A program made the translations under genes and the position numbers. Positions 41,001-56,000 of a DNA stretch of 64,000 nt are shown here, one piece after another. Origin of the DNA: Octopus vulgaris (lineage: Eukaryota); NCBI GenBank assembly GCA_951406725.2, contig OX597814.1, positions 54,436,001 to 54,500,000 on the forward strand, written 5' to 3'. The notes beneath the pieces are model-generated. The model worked only from the letters and a program-made list of their open reading frames with translations. It was not told the DNA's origin and did not search any database. Positions within the stretch are counted from its first letter, which is position 1. Each line of letters begins with the position of its first letter.

Positions 41001-44000
41001 TCTTGACATAAATCAACTTTGTTTTACTATCAACAAAATAATGGGTTAATTAGGTTAAGTTTTATTTGTGAAATGCAGTTGTTTTGAATTTGCTGCAAAA
41101 AGTGGTCTATACTGTGGTGGTGAGTGAGGCTAGGGGATGCTAGGAATGTGGCCTGAAGTGCCAAGGGGGTAGTATCCCAAAACAGTTTGGGAACCACTGC
41201 TGTAAATCATTCTCATAATTTTCCAAGTTTGTCACTTTTTTTTTTTTTTTTTTAGGAGTAGAGGGAATAGTAGTTTACATTGATCTCAGTACTTGAAAGA
41301 TACTTTTATCAACCTGAAAAGGATGAAAGGCAAAACTGACCTTGGCAGGATTTGAACTTAAAATGTAAAGATTTTGAAGAAATACCACCTAAGCATTTTC
41401 TCCTACTTGTTAACGATTCTGTCAGCTTGCCACCTTTTCATCACCCAAAATAATAATAATCCATTCTAATGTAGGCAAAAGACTTGAAATTTTTGTGGAC
41501 AGGGGACTAATCGATTACATCTACCCTAGTGTTCAACTGGTATTGTAGTTTATCAACCTAGAAAGGATGAAAGGCAAAGTTGACCTCAGCAGAATTTGAA
41601 CTTGGAATGTAAACAGGTCCCCACCTTAATAATAACAATGGTTTCAAATTCTGGTACAGGGCCAGCAGTTTTTGAAGTGATAGGAAAGTTGATTACATCG
41701 ACCCCCACTCCAGTACTTGACTAGTAAATATTTTATTCAATCCAAAAGGACGAAAGGTAAACTAGATCTCTGGAAAATTTGAGCTCAGAATGTAAAGATA
41801 GTTGAAATGCCACTAAGCATTTTGTCCAGTATGCTATCAGGTCATTAAGAATGAAATGTCCGATTTTCTTATGCACCAAGTTTGACAGTCATTAACTCCA
41901 ATGTTTTATCCCGACAATTCTTTGTTTTACAACATTGAAGAGTTACATCAGTTTTTGAAATGCAATCCATGGTGTCTGATTATATTGTGAGTTTTTTCTT
42001 GTAAATCAATTTTTGTGAACCCATGGATAGATCAAAAATTCTTGTTGTTTATGAATACGAGTTCCATCAAGGAACCAATGTATCTCAGACAGCTCAAAAC
42101 ATCAATGAGGTGTTTGGTGAAAATGTAGCGAATGAGCACAATGGTTTGAGAAGTTCTGGTCTGGTAACGTTACTCTTGAAAGTCAGCCCCGTGGTAGACC
42201 AGAGACCAAGGTGGATAATGATGAGCTGGAAACTGTAGTGGAAGCAGATACATCTCAAACTATGTCAGAATTGGTAGTAAGGTTTGATGTTTCGATTCCA
42301 ACTGTGTTGGACTATCTGAAACAAATCAGCAACAGAAAGAAGCTGGACAAGTGAGTACCACACAAGCTGAACACGCATCAACTAACATGTCTTGAAACTT
42401 GCTGTTCTTTGCTGTCACAGCATAAAAGCAAACCATTTTTGCATCATATTGTTACGCGTGATGAAAAATGGATTCTTTTCAACAATAGTAAGCATTCTGT
42501 ATGGTAGTTGGATAAAGACGAAGTGCCAAAACCCAATCCAAAGAAGAAAATTTACCAAAAAAAAAAAAAAAAAAAAAAAGCTAATGGTGTCTGTTTGGTG
42601 GTCCAGTGCTGGTGTCATCCACTATAGCTTCATGAGACCTGGTAAGTCAATTACAGCAGATGTATACATAAACCAACTGGATGAAATAAGTGAACTTGCA
42701 ATTTAACAACCAAGATCAGTCAATAGAAACATGCCAATTCTCTTGCAAGACAATGCTCAACCACATGTTGCACAAAGAACACTACTCAAGTTACAGGAAC
42801 TGAATTTGGAAGTACTCAGTCATCCACCATATTCACCAGACCTTGCACCAACTGACTATCATGTTTTCCAGGTATTAGACAACATTTTGCAAGGAAAAAA
42901 CTTCAAATCTGAAGAGGATGCAAAAACAACCTTCCATGATTTCAAATTCTTTGCTGCCAGCATAAATAAGCTACTGATAAAATGGCAAAATTGTGTTGAT
43001 AATTTAGGTGCATGCTTTGGTATACTACATTGCTTTTTGTTGAGATAAAGTAAAATAAACTTCCAGTTCAAAATTGGACATTTCGTTCTTAATGACCTGA
43101 TAACAATTTTACCAGTTTGCCACCTTAACAATAATAATTCTTTCAACTATAGGCACAAGATCTGAAATTTGTGGGGATCGGCTAGTTGATTACACTGACC
43201 CTAGTGCTCAGCTGGTACTTATTTCAACTCTGAAAGGATGAAAGACAAAGTGGACCTGAGTGGAATTTGAACTCAGAATGTAATACTGGAAGAAATACTG
43301 CTAAGCATTTTGGCCAATGTTCCCCATTTGAATAATAATAATAAAACTTTCAACTATAGACACAAGATCTGAAATTTTGTTTTGTTGGGTGGGATGGAGG
43401 GTTAGTTGATTACATCGACCCTAGTATGCAACTGGTACTTAATTCATCAATCCCCAAAAGATGAAAGGCAAAGTTGCCCTGGGCAGAATTTGAACTCAGA
43501 ATATAAATTTAGGCAAAATACCACTAAGCATTTTGCCTGGCATACTAATAATTCCGCCAGCTTGCTACAATAATAATAAAAATAATAATACTTTTAGTAC
43601 TTACTGTCCTGTAAATGATTTATTCGTTTTATGAGAATTGCTTTCATCTGTTCCGTTTGGGAATTATGGTCACTTAGCTGGAGAGAGTCATGTAAGATTA
43701 ATATTTTTAAGAACAAATCAAATCAGCAATAAATATTTTAGCAAATTTATATTGTAACTAGAGTCTATGATAATAACTGGGGACAAAGTCTTTCATACCT
43801 TATAACATTCAAGCTTCTTTTAAAAAAAAAATCTAGAATTATATTTCTATATATTTATGATGTAAGTAGAATTTTGTAATATTTTTGCCCCAACTATACC
43901 ATTCATTGGTCAGTTGAAATATTACAAATGTGAGATGTCTTTTTTCAGTCGTTTTTGTCAATGGACTGCAGCCATGCTAGGGTAATACCTTGAAGGGTTT

Positions 44001-47000
44001 TAGTTGAATACATTGACCCTAGTACTTTTTGTTTTTAAATTGATACTTATTCTAACAGTCTTTTGGGCCAAACTGCTAAGTTATAAGAGTGAAGGAGCAT
44101 AGTTCAGTGGTTAGAGTATCAGGCTCACAATCATAAGGTTGTGAGTTCAATTCCCAGACTGGGCTGTATATTGCATTCTTAAGCAAGACATTTTATTTCA
44201 CATTGTTTCAGTTCACTCAGCAGTAGAAATGAGATGCGATGTCACTGGTGCCAAGTTGTATCAGCCTTTACTTTCCCTTGGATAACATCAGTGGCATGGA
44301 GAGGGGAGGCTGGTATGCATGGGCAACTGCTGATCTTCCATAAACAACCTTGCCTGGACTTGTGCCTGAGAGAAGAACTTTCTAGGTGCAATCTCATGGT
44401 CATTCATGACTGAAGGGGATCTTTATCCTATTTAAGTTCTGAGAACAAACTAATACCGGCTGTCAAGCAGTGGAAGAGGCGACAAACACAGACATACACA
44501 TATTTATATACATCCCCTCTACAAGTCACTCACAAGGTACTGGTCAGTCCAAGGTTATTGTAGATGAAAAAAATTTCATATGAAACAACTACAATTAAAG
44601 GAAGGCAATTAACAAATGTTATTGCTAGGTATGAAGTAATACAAGGAAGGGTTATCTAGTTCAGTGAATCAACCCAATTATATAAATAGAGATGAAAAAT
44701 ACTCGACTTAGACTGGACAGAGAACCACCAGATAAATTAAGGAAATGAATTTTCAGTAAATGACTTGGTCATAAATATACAGTTTCTATTTCGACTAACA
44801 CTGAAATTATAAAAAAAACAACAATAGTATTTGTTGGGAAATATTAGCTGAATAAATTTAGAAAACTAAATTTCTATAAGAGTAATTTAACCAATAGATA
44901 GTCAGTAAAATAATGATTCCAGGTTAGTGAGAATAGAAGGTTTATGATAAGTAAAAAGCAACAGTCATTCCTAAAATACGAGGCAAATAATGAACAGAGA
45001 GAAAATAGACAAATATTAGTGTTAGAGCAAAATTGGTAAATTTGTTATATTAAAATGAGAATTTTTAAAAAATTGAATATTTAACAAATGTGTGTGTTGT
45101 GTTAAATGAAAAATTAAATCTACAACTTTCAAGCGTGGCCATTCTATCATTCTCATCATTTATCCATGCTGACATGAGTTGGCTGGTTTGACAGGAGCTG
45201 GCAAGCCAGAAAGCAGCAAACAGGCTCTAACTTTGTTTTGGCATGGTTTCTTTGACTGGATGCTCTTCCTAACACCAACTACTTTAAAAAATATATTGGG
45301 TGCCTTGTACATGGCACCAGAATGGATGCTTTTTTTTATATGTGGCACCAGCACCCGCAGGGTTGCCAAGTAGCTTGCAAGACAAAGACCTCTCAACTGA
45401 GAGAAGGAGTGGACCTGAGAGAAGTGGCTATGTGCCAGGCGAGCAGTTGGAGTATGATAGAGGGACAGTGATAGCTGTCTTACTACAGAGGAGTTACTTG
45501 GGCTAAGAAAAACATTTTCTTTGTAAGTCCTGAACATTAAAAGTCATCTTCATAGCACAGAAACTTATTAAATTTTGTGACATTTGTAGAGAAAGGATGA
45601 CTATGTTGAAGAGTAGACCAAATTAAAGTCCTTAGCAAATGAAATTTGCAAACTTTAATAAACACTGAGTGGAAAATATTCATTTGTATCTTAACCAAGT
45701 GAAAAAATGGTTTTGTTTATATACATACATTAATAGATAAATTTAAATCTTGTTAAAACTGACCTCAGCAAGTTTTAAATTATCTTTAATGGACTGGGAA
45801 TGAAGTCTGCTATATTTAGCTTGTAATTCTTTCATATACTTCCAAATGATCTTCATTTCTGTTTTATTTTCCTCAAAAAGCTCTGCTGTATTTTTCCCCT
45901 GTAAAAATGTTTATTTGCCACAGAGGCATCAGATGAAGGAGACATTACAAAGATAGGTTACATAAAGTGTAAAAGTTTACACAAGAATTCAACAAGAAAA
46001 ACAACAAATTAGATAAAAAGTATACAGAGCAGACAAATAGTCCTCTGGTAGGATCTCAAACTAGAGTAAATAAAAAACACCATGGATGCAAGATCACTTT
46101 GACCACCTGGAAGAGTCTCAATTGTTTGTCTCCCAGCTGTCATTTTCCAACATACAGGTTTATGCTGCAAGTAGATCCATTCACTCCTATTTTTACCAAT
46201 CATCCACCTTTTAACAAATTTATCAGATGATAGCATCTATCTCTTCACTTTCAGTTCCTTTTCTAAGTGGAACTTGAAAAATTTGATGAAATCTTTCATC
46301 CTTTCAGTTTTGTCCATTATACAACCCCTTTCACCATAACCACTAGACAGGAAAACTATTTGCCCTTCTGGGTTAAAGAAAAAACGAGGTGATCTCCAAA
46401 ACAGACTATCAATTGTTTGACCTATCCTACATGCCATAGCAGCTTTTCATAATAACTTCATGCTTGCATAAGTAAGGCAGAATTCGTTGAAATTTTCTAT
46501 GATTAGATGCCCTTCTTGTCAGTGCATAAAATGTGATAATGAATGATAGTGAAATACTGGTCATTCAATACAGAAGATCAGTGAGAACTGCAAAGAATAA
46601 GATTAGCTTGCTGCACTTGATATGAAAGCACAGTGAACTAACAAAAAGAGGAATCTTTCCTCTTTTTTTTTTTCTTTTTTCAGGGAACTAACAAAAAAGG
46701 AATTCTTTGTTCTGAGCAAAGAGAGATTACTGGTTTCTATAGAGGATGGTGGTTTGGTTAAGTGCCATATGACCCATGTGAAAGCAAGTTATGACCAAGG
46801 AAGAACATGGGAAGAAGTAGTGAAGGTTAATCTCAAGTACTTCATGAAGATGATGACAAAGGACTGTCACAAGTGATAAAGTGCTGTTCTGGAAATCCAT
46901 GCAATAATGGGGAAAATAAATATGAATAGTGTTGATAAAGAAATGAGAAAAATATAAATTATATTATCACAACATTTCCTGTTCACAATCATCACAGCGC

Positions 47001-50000
47001 AAAGCGGTCCTCATGACTGTGTGTTCATGAGATGTGTGATCTAAACAGTTTTGAGTAGGAACCAAAAAGAGACGTATGAACATGCAATGCACATGCGCAC
47101 ACTGAATTCATAAAATGGAAGAAATGAATAAAAATGCAATGTACATGTCAAACAAGTTATATGATGGTTTGCATGCCACGTCTGATACCACTAACATACA
47201 GTTTTGCTGTAAGTTTGTTTGAAACATGACCTATTGAAGCACCAAAAAATAACTTACATCGTTCTTGAGAGAAAACATAAGGTTTTTGAGATCATCAAAT
47301 GCCTTCATCAGTTTTAACATAGCAGACTTTTCATTAGGATCCTGTTTGAATAAAAAAAGATTGTCTTGGCTTAATTAGCAATAAGTAATGATTATTCATA
47401 AATTCATGCTTAATACTATGTCAGCTTTAAAAATGTAGTGTAGCATCAAACCCCTTAATAAAGTAATGGTCTAAGAGATTGCTTTATATTTGGGAAACTT
47501 CTTCAGCCTGAAACATTCACAAGACAGACTCAATATTAATTATACAAAAAAAAAAAAAAGTACACTGGCCAGGCTATGTATTTTTCTCTACTGGAGGTAT
47601 AGGGAAAAATCTCACTTGCTTAATGTTCTAGAAGATACAAGTATGTGCCAGTGAGCATTGTATTGAATTAAAGACCAGAAACCATTGTAATATTGTGAGA
47701 AAAGACAGAAAGAGATATGGTTTAACAATAAACTAGTGTTTGAAGCCAGTTATGAACTGAAAGGCTTGGTTATCAGTTAAAAGATTTGGTTTTGTTATGA
47801 CATGGTATGGTATGTTAGTGTATGCACATGAACACATGGGCTAAATGCATTGATATCAAATTAACTGTTAAATGTACAAAATATTAGCTTCTGTTTAAAT
47901 CTTACAGTCAGTAATTTGTATGGAACAAATAAAGAAGACCTTACATAATCTATTTGTAATTCAGGGCAAATACTGTTAAGTTCTGTAACAATCCATTTTG
48001 AAGAAATGCAATTTTTATGAACATTCTGGAAAAAAAAAAATTAATCTTGAAGATAACATTACTGTGACATTTTGAAAAAGGAGCAAAATATCTAATTTTT
48101 TTTTACACGGGAATTTAATAAAAATAGTGTATAGCTGTGAAAACAAGACTTTCAGAACGAACAGAATATTTCTTAATCAAAAACACTTCCATTTCAAAAC
48201 AAAAAAAAAAAAGACTGACAAATGTTTTTAAAAACCTATTTCATTGTTAATTATAGAAGCACTAACCATTATTCTCAGTTCTTTCTCCCTAAAGCAATGA
48301 CCATATGGAATGTCTTTCTTGTTTGCTTCTCCTACAGCTATCAACAAGCTACTATTTAAGAGAAACAACACTGCCAAAACTGCATCATCAAAACTATGCT
48401 TCACTTCAAAATCAGAACATATTTCTATTCTGATCAATTTTTGAATCTCTACAAAGTGACAAATGTTAAACTTTTTAGTACACACTATCTTCCAACCAAT
48501 AAAAAATAAAAGACCATTACTTCTGAAAAAGTAAGCTGTGTATATCATTTCCACCCAATCCCTTCCATGCACTTGCCTTTCCAATGGTCAACCCTCTTTT
48601 GTAGTATCCTATCCTCAAATCATACCCTAAGTACTTTATCTGACTTTGCTTCCTGAAAATGCAGCCAGTCATCTGAAATACTTTTTCTGTTCACATCTTC
48701 TCAATGGATATTAACATACAGAAATTCAAGTTGAACAATTGCATCACTCTCCTCAATCTTGAGAGACACTCTAAATATCAAACATCCTTCCTACTAATTA
48801 GCAAAAGGATAAACAAAAAACAAAAAGTCCAGCCATGGGTTTGAATTTTGGTTAATTCAATTTACAATATTTACAGCTGCAGTTTGTCTCAATACAGATT
48901 ATAATTCAAATGTTCAGCTTTTATGCCAAATACTATTTGGCTTCATATGCAAGACAGTGAATCAGACTCTACATGGTTACTTAGTCTGCTAGAAGTAATA
49001 GCCAATTCTCAATTCACACTAGCATCTTAAATAAAGGAAGGATACATTAGATAATATGCTTCATATGGTGCAGCTTTTACATGGTTACTTGATCTGCTAG
49101 GAATGACAATTGGATAATGTACTCCCTAATATGTAAAAGGATGGGTAAGCCTATAAACCAAGCAGACCTTGATCACAAGTCTGCTTGATAAGGTCTAACT
49201 AGGGACTGGCTGAATAACAATGTTCAAACATTTCATTTCAGTTCCCATGATATGTAAATCAATGCATCAGATTAGAGTTAAACAAATATATATTTGCAAC
49301 AGAGGCAGTATTAATAAGAGGTAATATTTATCCCCACTTAAACATGGATGTTCTTATTAGAACAATCTTTACTGTGGTAGTTGCCATGAGAGAATCTCTC
49401 ATACTAACATTTTGGTACACACTTGTTTATATCAAGAGTGCATTTTGGCACTAAAAAGCCAATATGAGAGTTTCTCTCATGGTAACTAATGCTGTAAAGA
49501 TTGTTCTAATAAGAACATCCATGTTCAAGTGGGGATAAATATTAAACATAAATGATCTAAATTTAATAAAGGTTAAAACATATTCAAAACCTTACTTTTG
49601 AGGTGTTATGTTCTGGACTTATAGGTGAAACATTGAGGCTAAAATAATCACTAACAGTTGGAACTCTCTTAGCATTAGCATCTTGACTAAAAAAGAAAAA
49701 GAAAAGGACATTAATAACAAAAAATGTTTAATTCCTATGACAGGATGTAGTGAACCCCAAGTTTGTGTTGAGCTCCATTCTCAACCTTAGTATGGTTTCT
49801 ATGGATGGATGCCCTTCCTCATGCCAACAACTTTACAGTGTGCACTATGTGCTTTTTTTCATGCCAGCAGCATCAGTAGGTCACCAAGTAATTTGCAAGG
49901 TAAGGAAAAAACAGGAGAAAGGAATACAACTTAGTTTGCATCTTCCTGTTATGTTTATACCAATTCATGTGGAGGTAACTTTGCTTACTACACCCTTTCA

Positions 50001-53000
50001 TTGGTTTTTAATCTATAGATTTTGAAAGTTTCAACCAAATGAACTCTGTATTTCCTATAGCCAGCAGAAGAGTAGCTGCATTGGATGGTAAGCAAGGGGG
50101 CAGTTCACCCCAGGCAACACTTATGGGGATGGCATTTTTTGGGTCTACTGTATAAGCCTGTATAGGCTGCAGAGTGGGAGCAATCAAAGACTCACAGGCA
50201 GCACACTAGCTTCACCACTGACAACTAGCCCCACACATAAATAAAAAAAAATGTTCAAATTACCCATATGAAAATGCAGTGATCAGGTTATCAACTGAAG
50301 ATCTCTTCAGGATTTCCTCTTCACTCTTGTTTTGTATTTCAGCTGTTTGTGTAGCAGATTGATTAAAGTCAGTATGTTGTTCTTGAGTCTTGACAGGAAC
50401 TATATAACTTGCATCAGAAAATTCTCTATGCATAGAAGTTTCAGAAACTGCATAATTAAATTGGTTATCATCTTGAAATAATTGGAAGTAGTCTGCCATT
50501 TCATCATGTACAGTTTTATTATTATCATTGCCCTGAAAATAATATATATATATTAGGATTATTTTTAAAACTTATATAATGCTATCATTGCTTACATGCT
50601 GCTAAAGAGCCAATAATTAGCACAATTTATTACAGAGAGTAACAAGTGAATGGATAATTCAATGCAGAACAAATATCACAAGAAACTTCATTCAAAGAGC
50701 AACAGCTTTGCAGTTGCCTCACCAATAGTTACATCCCTCAATACTATATCCCATTCAGTTAAGAGGTCTTGTCATCTGGGTACTCAGTGACCTCATCAAT
50801 GCTGGTACAATGAAAAGAGTACCCAGTTATAGAAACCATGCCAATGCAGAGAATAGAATAACTTGGTACAGACCTCAGGAATTCAAAGTCCATGATGAAT
50901 CATCCAACCTATGCCATCATGGGAAAGGGAATGTTCAAAAGATTTTAATTGAGAGGAGGGAGAGGAGAGGAGAGAGATAGAGGAGAGGAGAGAGATAGAG
51001 GAGAGGAGAGAGATAGAGGCAAGGAGAGAGGAGAGGATAGGATAGAGATAGAGGAGAGGATAGGATAGAGATAGAGGAGAGGATAGGATAGAGATAGAGG
51101 AGATGATAGGATAGAGATAGAGGAGATGATAGGATAGAGATAGAGGAGAGGATAGGATAGAGATAGAGGAGAGGATAGGATAGAGATAGAGGAGAGGATA
51201 GGATAGAGATAGAGGAGAGGATAGGATAGAGATAGAGGAGAGGATAGGATAGAGATAGAGGAGAGGAGAGGATAGAGATAGAGGAGAGGATAGAGATAGA
51301 GGAGAGGATAGAGATAGAGGAGAGGATAGAGATAGAGGAGAGGATAGAGGAGAGGATAGAGATAGAGGAGAGGATAGAGATAGAGGAGAGGATAGAGATA
51401 GAGGAGAGGATAGAGATAGAGGAGAGGATAGAGATAGAGGGAGAGGATAAAGATAGAGGAGAGGATAGAGGAGAGGATAGAGGAGAGGATAGAGGAGAGG
51501 ATAGAGGAGAGGATAGAGATAGAGGAGAGGAGAGAGATAGAGGAGAGGAGAGAGATAGAGGAGAGGAGAGAGATAGAGGAGAGGAGAGAGATAGAAGCGA
51601 GAGGAGAGAGATAGAAGCGAGAGGAGAGAGATAGAAGCGAGAGAGGAGAGAGATAGAAGCGAGAGGAGAGAGATAGAAGCGAGAGGAGAGAGATAGAAGC
51701 GAGAGGAGAGAGATAGAAGCGAGAGGAGAGAGATAGAAGCGAGAGGAGAGAGATAGAAGCGAGAGGAGAGAGATAGAAGCGAGAGGAGAGAGATAGAAGC
51801 GAGAGGAGAGAGATAGAAGCGAGAGGAGAGAGATAGAAGCGAGAGGAGAGAGATAGAAGCAAGAGGAGAGGAATCCCATTATTAGGCAATAATAAAGTGA
51901 TTCAATTAGACAAGATTAACACATGGATTTGTGAAAATTTTAAGATTAAAACAAAAAGGTCAAGAAACTCGCTTTTTACTTACTTCATCATTTTTAGTTT
52001 CTGTTCTAGTGTGTTCCAAGAGTTTGTGGAAGCTTTCTTTCATTTCAGAAACTGACGAATTCAACTTTTCTGGATAAAGCTGAACGATAGTGGTGTTAAC
52101 ATTAGAGTTTGTAATAATAAGGCCAGGTACATCTTCTGTTTGATTGCTGAATGGCATCCATTCATTAAATGTTTGGTGATTTATTAAACTATAGCAAGTA
52201 GAAGCTGTTGGATTATCTTGCTTAACATATTTTGTAAATGTAGAGAATCCTAAATCAGGATTGCTCACATCCCAGCCTATGGATTTCTTTGTATCAAATT
52301 GTGATCCATATTCCTTATGGGAAGTATTCATTGGATACTTTTCCAAATTGTTTAGTGTTTTAAAAGTCGTTGATTCTTGACTACAGTCTGCCATTGTCTT
52401 CTCTTTGCTTTGAAACAAAGGAGTGGTGAAACATAAACTGTATTGATGATCAATATTACAATCTGACTTACTAGTAAAATCAGTGCCATTTAATTTGGGT
52501 GAAAGACTTTGACATATCTTTGATTCAAATTGTTGCACCATGGATTTCACTTTATCTTTTATATCGGTGACAGATTCTTCAGGAGATTTGTCATCTGTTG
52601 GTGACTGCATTATTTTCTTGGTGCTTGAAGTGTTAACACTTTTATTCAGCTTATAAATAACAAAAAGTGAAATAAAAATAGAAAGTTAAAAAAATAACAA
52701 GAGCAAAAAGAACCAACAGACTGAATATTGTTAAACAGTACTCATTTAATATATGCTTTGCAAATACATAGCCTTATATTGATTTCTAGCAGTGGCACAA
52801 GGCCATACATTTTGGGAAAGAAGTAATTTAATTGACATTAGTACATAAGCATTATTTTAACATCATCTTTACAGCTGTGGTTCTCAGCCTTATGTAGCTC
52901 AGTGTGCTCATTCACTGAATCATATTTACAAGCACCCTTTCCTCATGCTTAGCATAGAAAAGGTAAGATATTTTAATCAAACAGAAGCTAATTTTCTTGT

Positions 53001-56000
53001 AGCTTGCCATCTAGCATGTTCTTTTTAAGATATTTCTATAGACTAGTACTTCCTCGAGTTAAAATTTTTCAGAAAATTACTAAAGGCAAAGGCTTGTACT
53101 GGAATTTGGTGTTTCATAAATTCTATTTCTGCTAATTGATAAATATGTCATTCATATTTTAATCCCTAAGAAGTTTTTTTTTTCCTGAATTATATTTTAT
53201 TTTGCTTGTAAACAGGTGACAATAAGAGCATCCAGCTACAGAAAATTTGTCCCAAATTCTGGAAAAGTGGATATTGAAACAATAAGAAAAATCACAACTC
53301 CTGTGAGCATCCAACGTCTCCTACACTTTACTAAAAATAACAGCATCCCAATCTCCGTTAAAAATAGAAAAGACACACTGGATAATGTACAGGAGGGTCA
53401 TGGTTAGACTGCTTTAACATAGATTTGCCTGATCAGGTCCAATCAAGCACTTAATTTTATCAATGACTATTTCATTTGTTTGCAGTGTTGAGTTCAAGGT
53501 TACTCATAAAGAGAGGTCCTTCGTGACTGGTTTATCCTAATCTACATTAGATGCAGTGCATTATGGGACTCCACCCAGTACTTGAGTAAAAAAATTGGAT
53601 TACACAAAACTAAAATTTATGACTGATGAAGGAAAAAAAACCCACTTAATTCCTAGCTCCATATACATTGTAGATTAAGGCACAGACATGGTAAGAAGTT
53701 TGCTTTCCAACCACATAGTTCCCAGTTAAGTCCCACTGTGTGTATACCTTGGGCAAGAATCTTCTACAATAGCCTGGGGCTAACCAAAGCCTTTTGATAG
53801 ATGGAAACTGTGTGTGTGTGTGTGTGTATAATAAATCACAAGTTATGACAAATGCGATAGACCTCATACCAGAAACAGAACTATTATTGAATGATACAAG
53901 CATGGAGACTTGCATTCTGGACTAAGTTTCTGAATCAACAATTCAATTATCATTACAAGTCATCAGCTATTACAAGTCCAGTATACATGAATTATGAAAA
54001 CACTATGCATGTGTGGGGGTATGTATTTTGTCATCTCAACATCATATGATAGTTGTGTTATTATCATGCAAGCAGTATCTGTTGACAATCTTCCATGGAA
54101 ACATGTCTGGTCATAGGCAAACATTACCTTGTGTGGACACAGGTGAAGGTTGGTGACAGGAAGGACATCCAACTATAGAAAATTTGCCTTAAATTCTGTC
54201 TGACCCATACAAGTATGGAACACCAGATGTTAAAACACATAATGATGAGTAGCTTCTAAATTAATGATTCATTTCAAAAAGCTATCTCAAATATGATTTC
54301 TACAAGTGATAATTCCAAATTGTTTAAAGTAAAACGAGTGCCTTCCAAGAAAGGTTTGAATTCCCTCTCTGTTAGGAGGCACAAGCACTTACACACTTGG
54401 CAGTAACTTTCACCTACAAAATTCAATTACAAAGCTTTGGTTGGCTATAGCAGAAGACACTTGTCCAAGGTGCCACACAGTGAGACTGAACCAGAAACCA
54501 TATAGCTGGAAAGCAAGCTTCCTAACCACACAGCTATGCCTGTGGATAAAATTATGATGTATAGCTGAATCACCATTGTTTTGACATCTATTCTTCAATG
54601 ACTGCATGAGTTAGAAGGAATTTGTTGAAGCAGATATTCTATGGCAGGGTGCCTTTCTTATTGGCAATCCTCATCTATTTTTAAGAAAGGTAACACTATT
54701 TACAATTACAGCACAGTATTATAAGGAGACATATATCTCTCATTCACACACAACAGAATTGAGATCCTAAAACCAAGGTGCTACATAGAAAACACTGGTG
54801 TAAGTGCTGATGCCATATAAAAAGCATGCAGTACACTATGGAGTGGTTGACATTAGGAAGGGCATCCAGCTATAGAACAAAACCAAAACAGACTATGGAA
54901 CCTAGTGTGGCCCCTGACCTTGCCAGTTCCTGTCATGCTGTCCAACCCATGCCAGCATGGAAAACTAACATTAAATTCTGCCATGCGCATGCATACACAC
55001 ACATCTACATATGCATGTATACCAATATCTAGATGCATGCATATATATCATGACCTTCTTTCAGTTGCCATCTACCAAATCCACTCACAGGGCTTTGATA
55101 TGTGTAGGGCTATAGTAGAAAACACTTGCTTAAAATGTCATGCAGCAGGACTGAACCTGAAATCATCTGGTTGGGGAGCAAACTTCTCAACCACACACCC
55201 ATGTCTATAAAAGTCAGTTTAGCACTTTCCTGCTTCCGATAATGTGTAGTCACTAAATATACATAATTTCTAACATAAGTACAAGACCAGAACTTTTGTA
55301 TGTAGATAGGAGTAATCAAATCAACTCTGCACTGGATTGGCATTTCATTTTATCAATCCTGGAAGAATGAAAGGCAAAATTAACCTAGGCAGAGTTTGAA
55401 CTTAGAATGTAAAGGGTAGGAACAAATAGTCTAATCATTCTTATTTCTTTATTGCCCACAAGGGGCTAAACAGAGGGGACAAACAAGGACAGACAAAGGG
55501 ATTAATTTGATTACATTGACTCCAGTGCGTAACTGGTACTTAATTTATCGACCTTGAAAGGATGAAAGACAAAGTCAACCTCGACGGAATTTGAACTCAG
55601 AATGTAACAGTAGATGAAATGCCACTAAGCATTTCGCCCAGCCTGCTCACACTTCTGCCTCTCATTGACATACATTAAAGTACTTTTGTTAAACTTTGTA
55701 TCATGATCAGAAAATACTTTGTCTACATTACTCAGATGTCTAGTGATATATTTTTTTTTATACTTGTCAGGGAGGGAAGGTAAATCTCTATGATCCTTTA
55801 TTTTACAAGGCCTTTGAGACTGGTGGAGAGAAAGGAAGTTGTCATCAAATCTTTCTGATACCAACCCACCTGAAACTACCCTTAATTCTATAATATAAAT
55901 ACGGTTTTAAAATGATCTAAATCCAAACCTTCCATCAGAATTTCATGTTAATTTATGCTCCAAACACTACCTTAATAATGACAAAGTAATTTTAGTAAAT

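Noticed and set aside
50935-51889. Two 314-aa S/L/P-rich ORFs
   Set aside because: Translations of the GA satellite, intronic between phase-matched exons B and C.
53620-53660. CTGATGA-AGGAA...TTCCT hammerhead-like start
   Set aside because: No GAAA or stem III after the stem.
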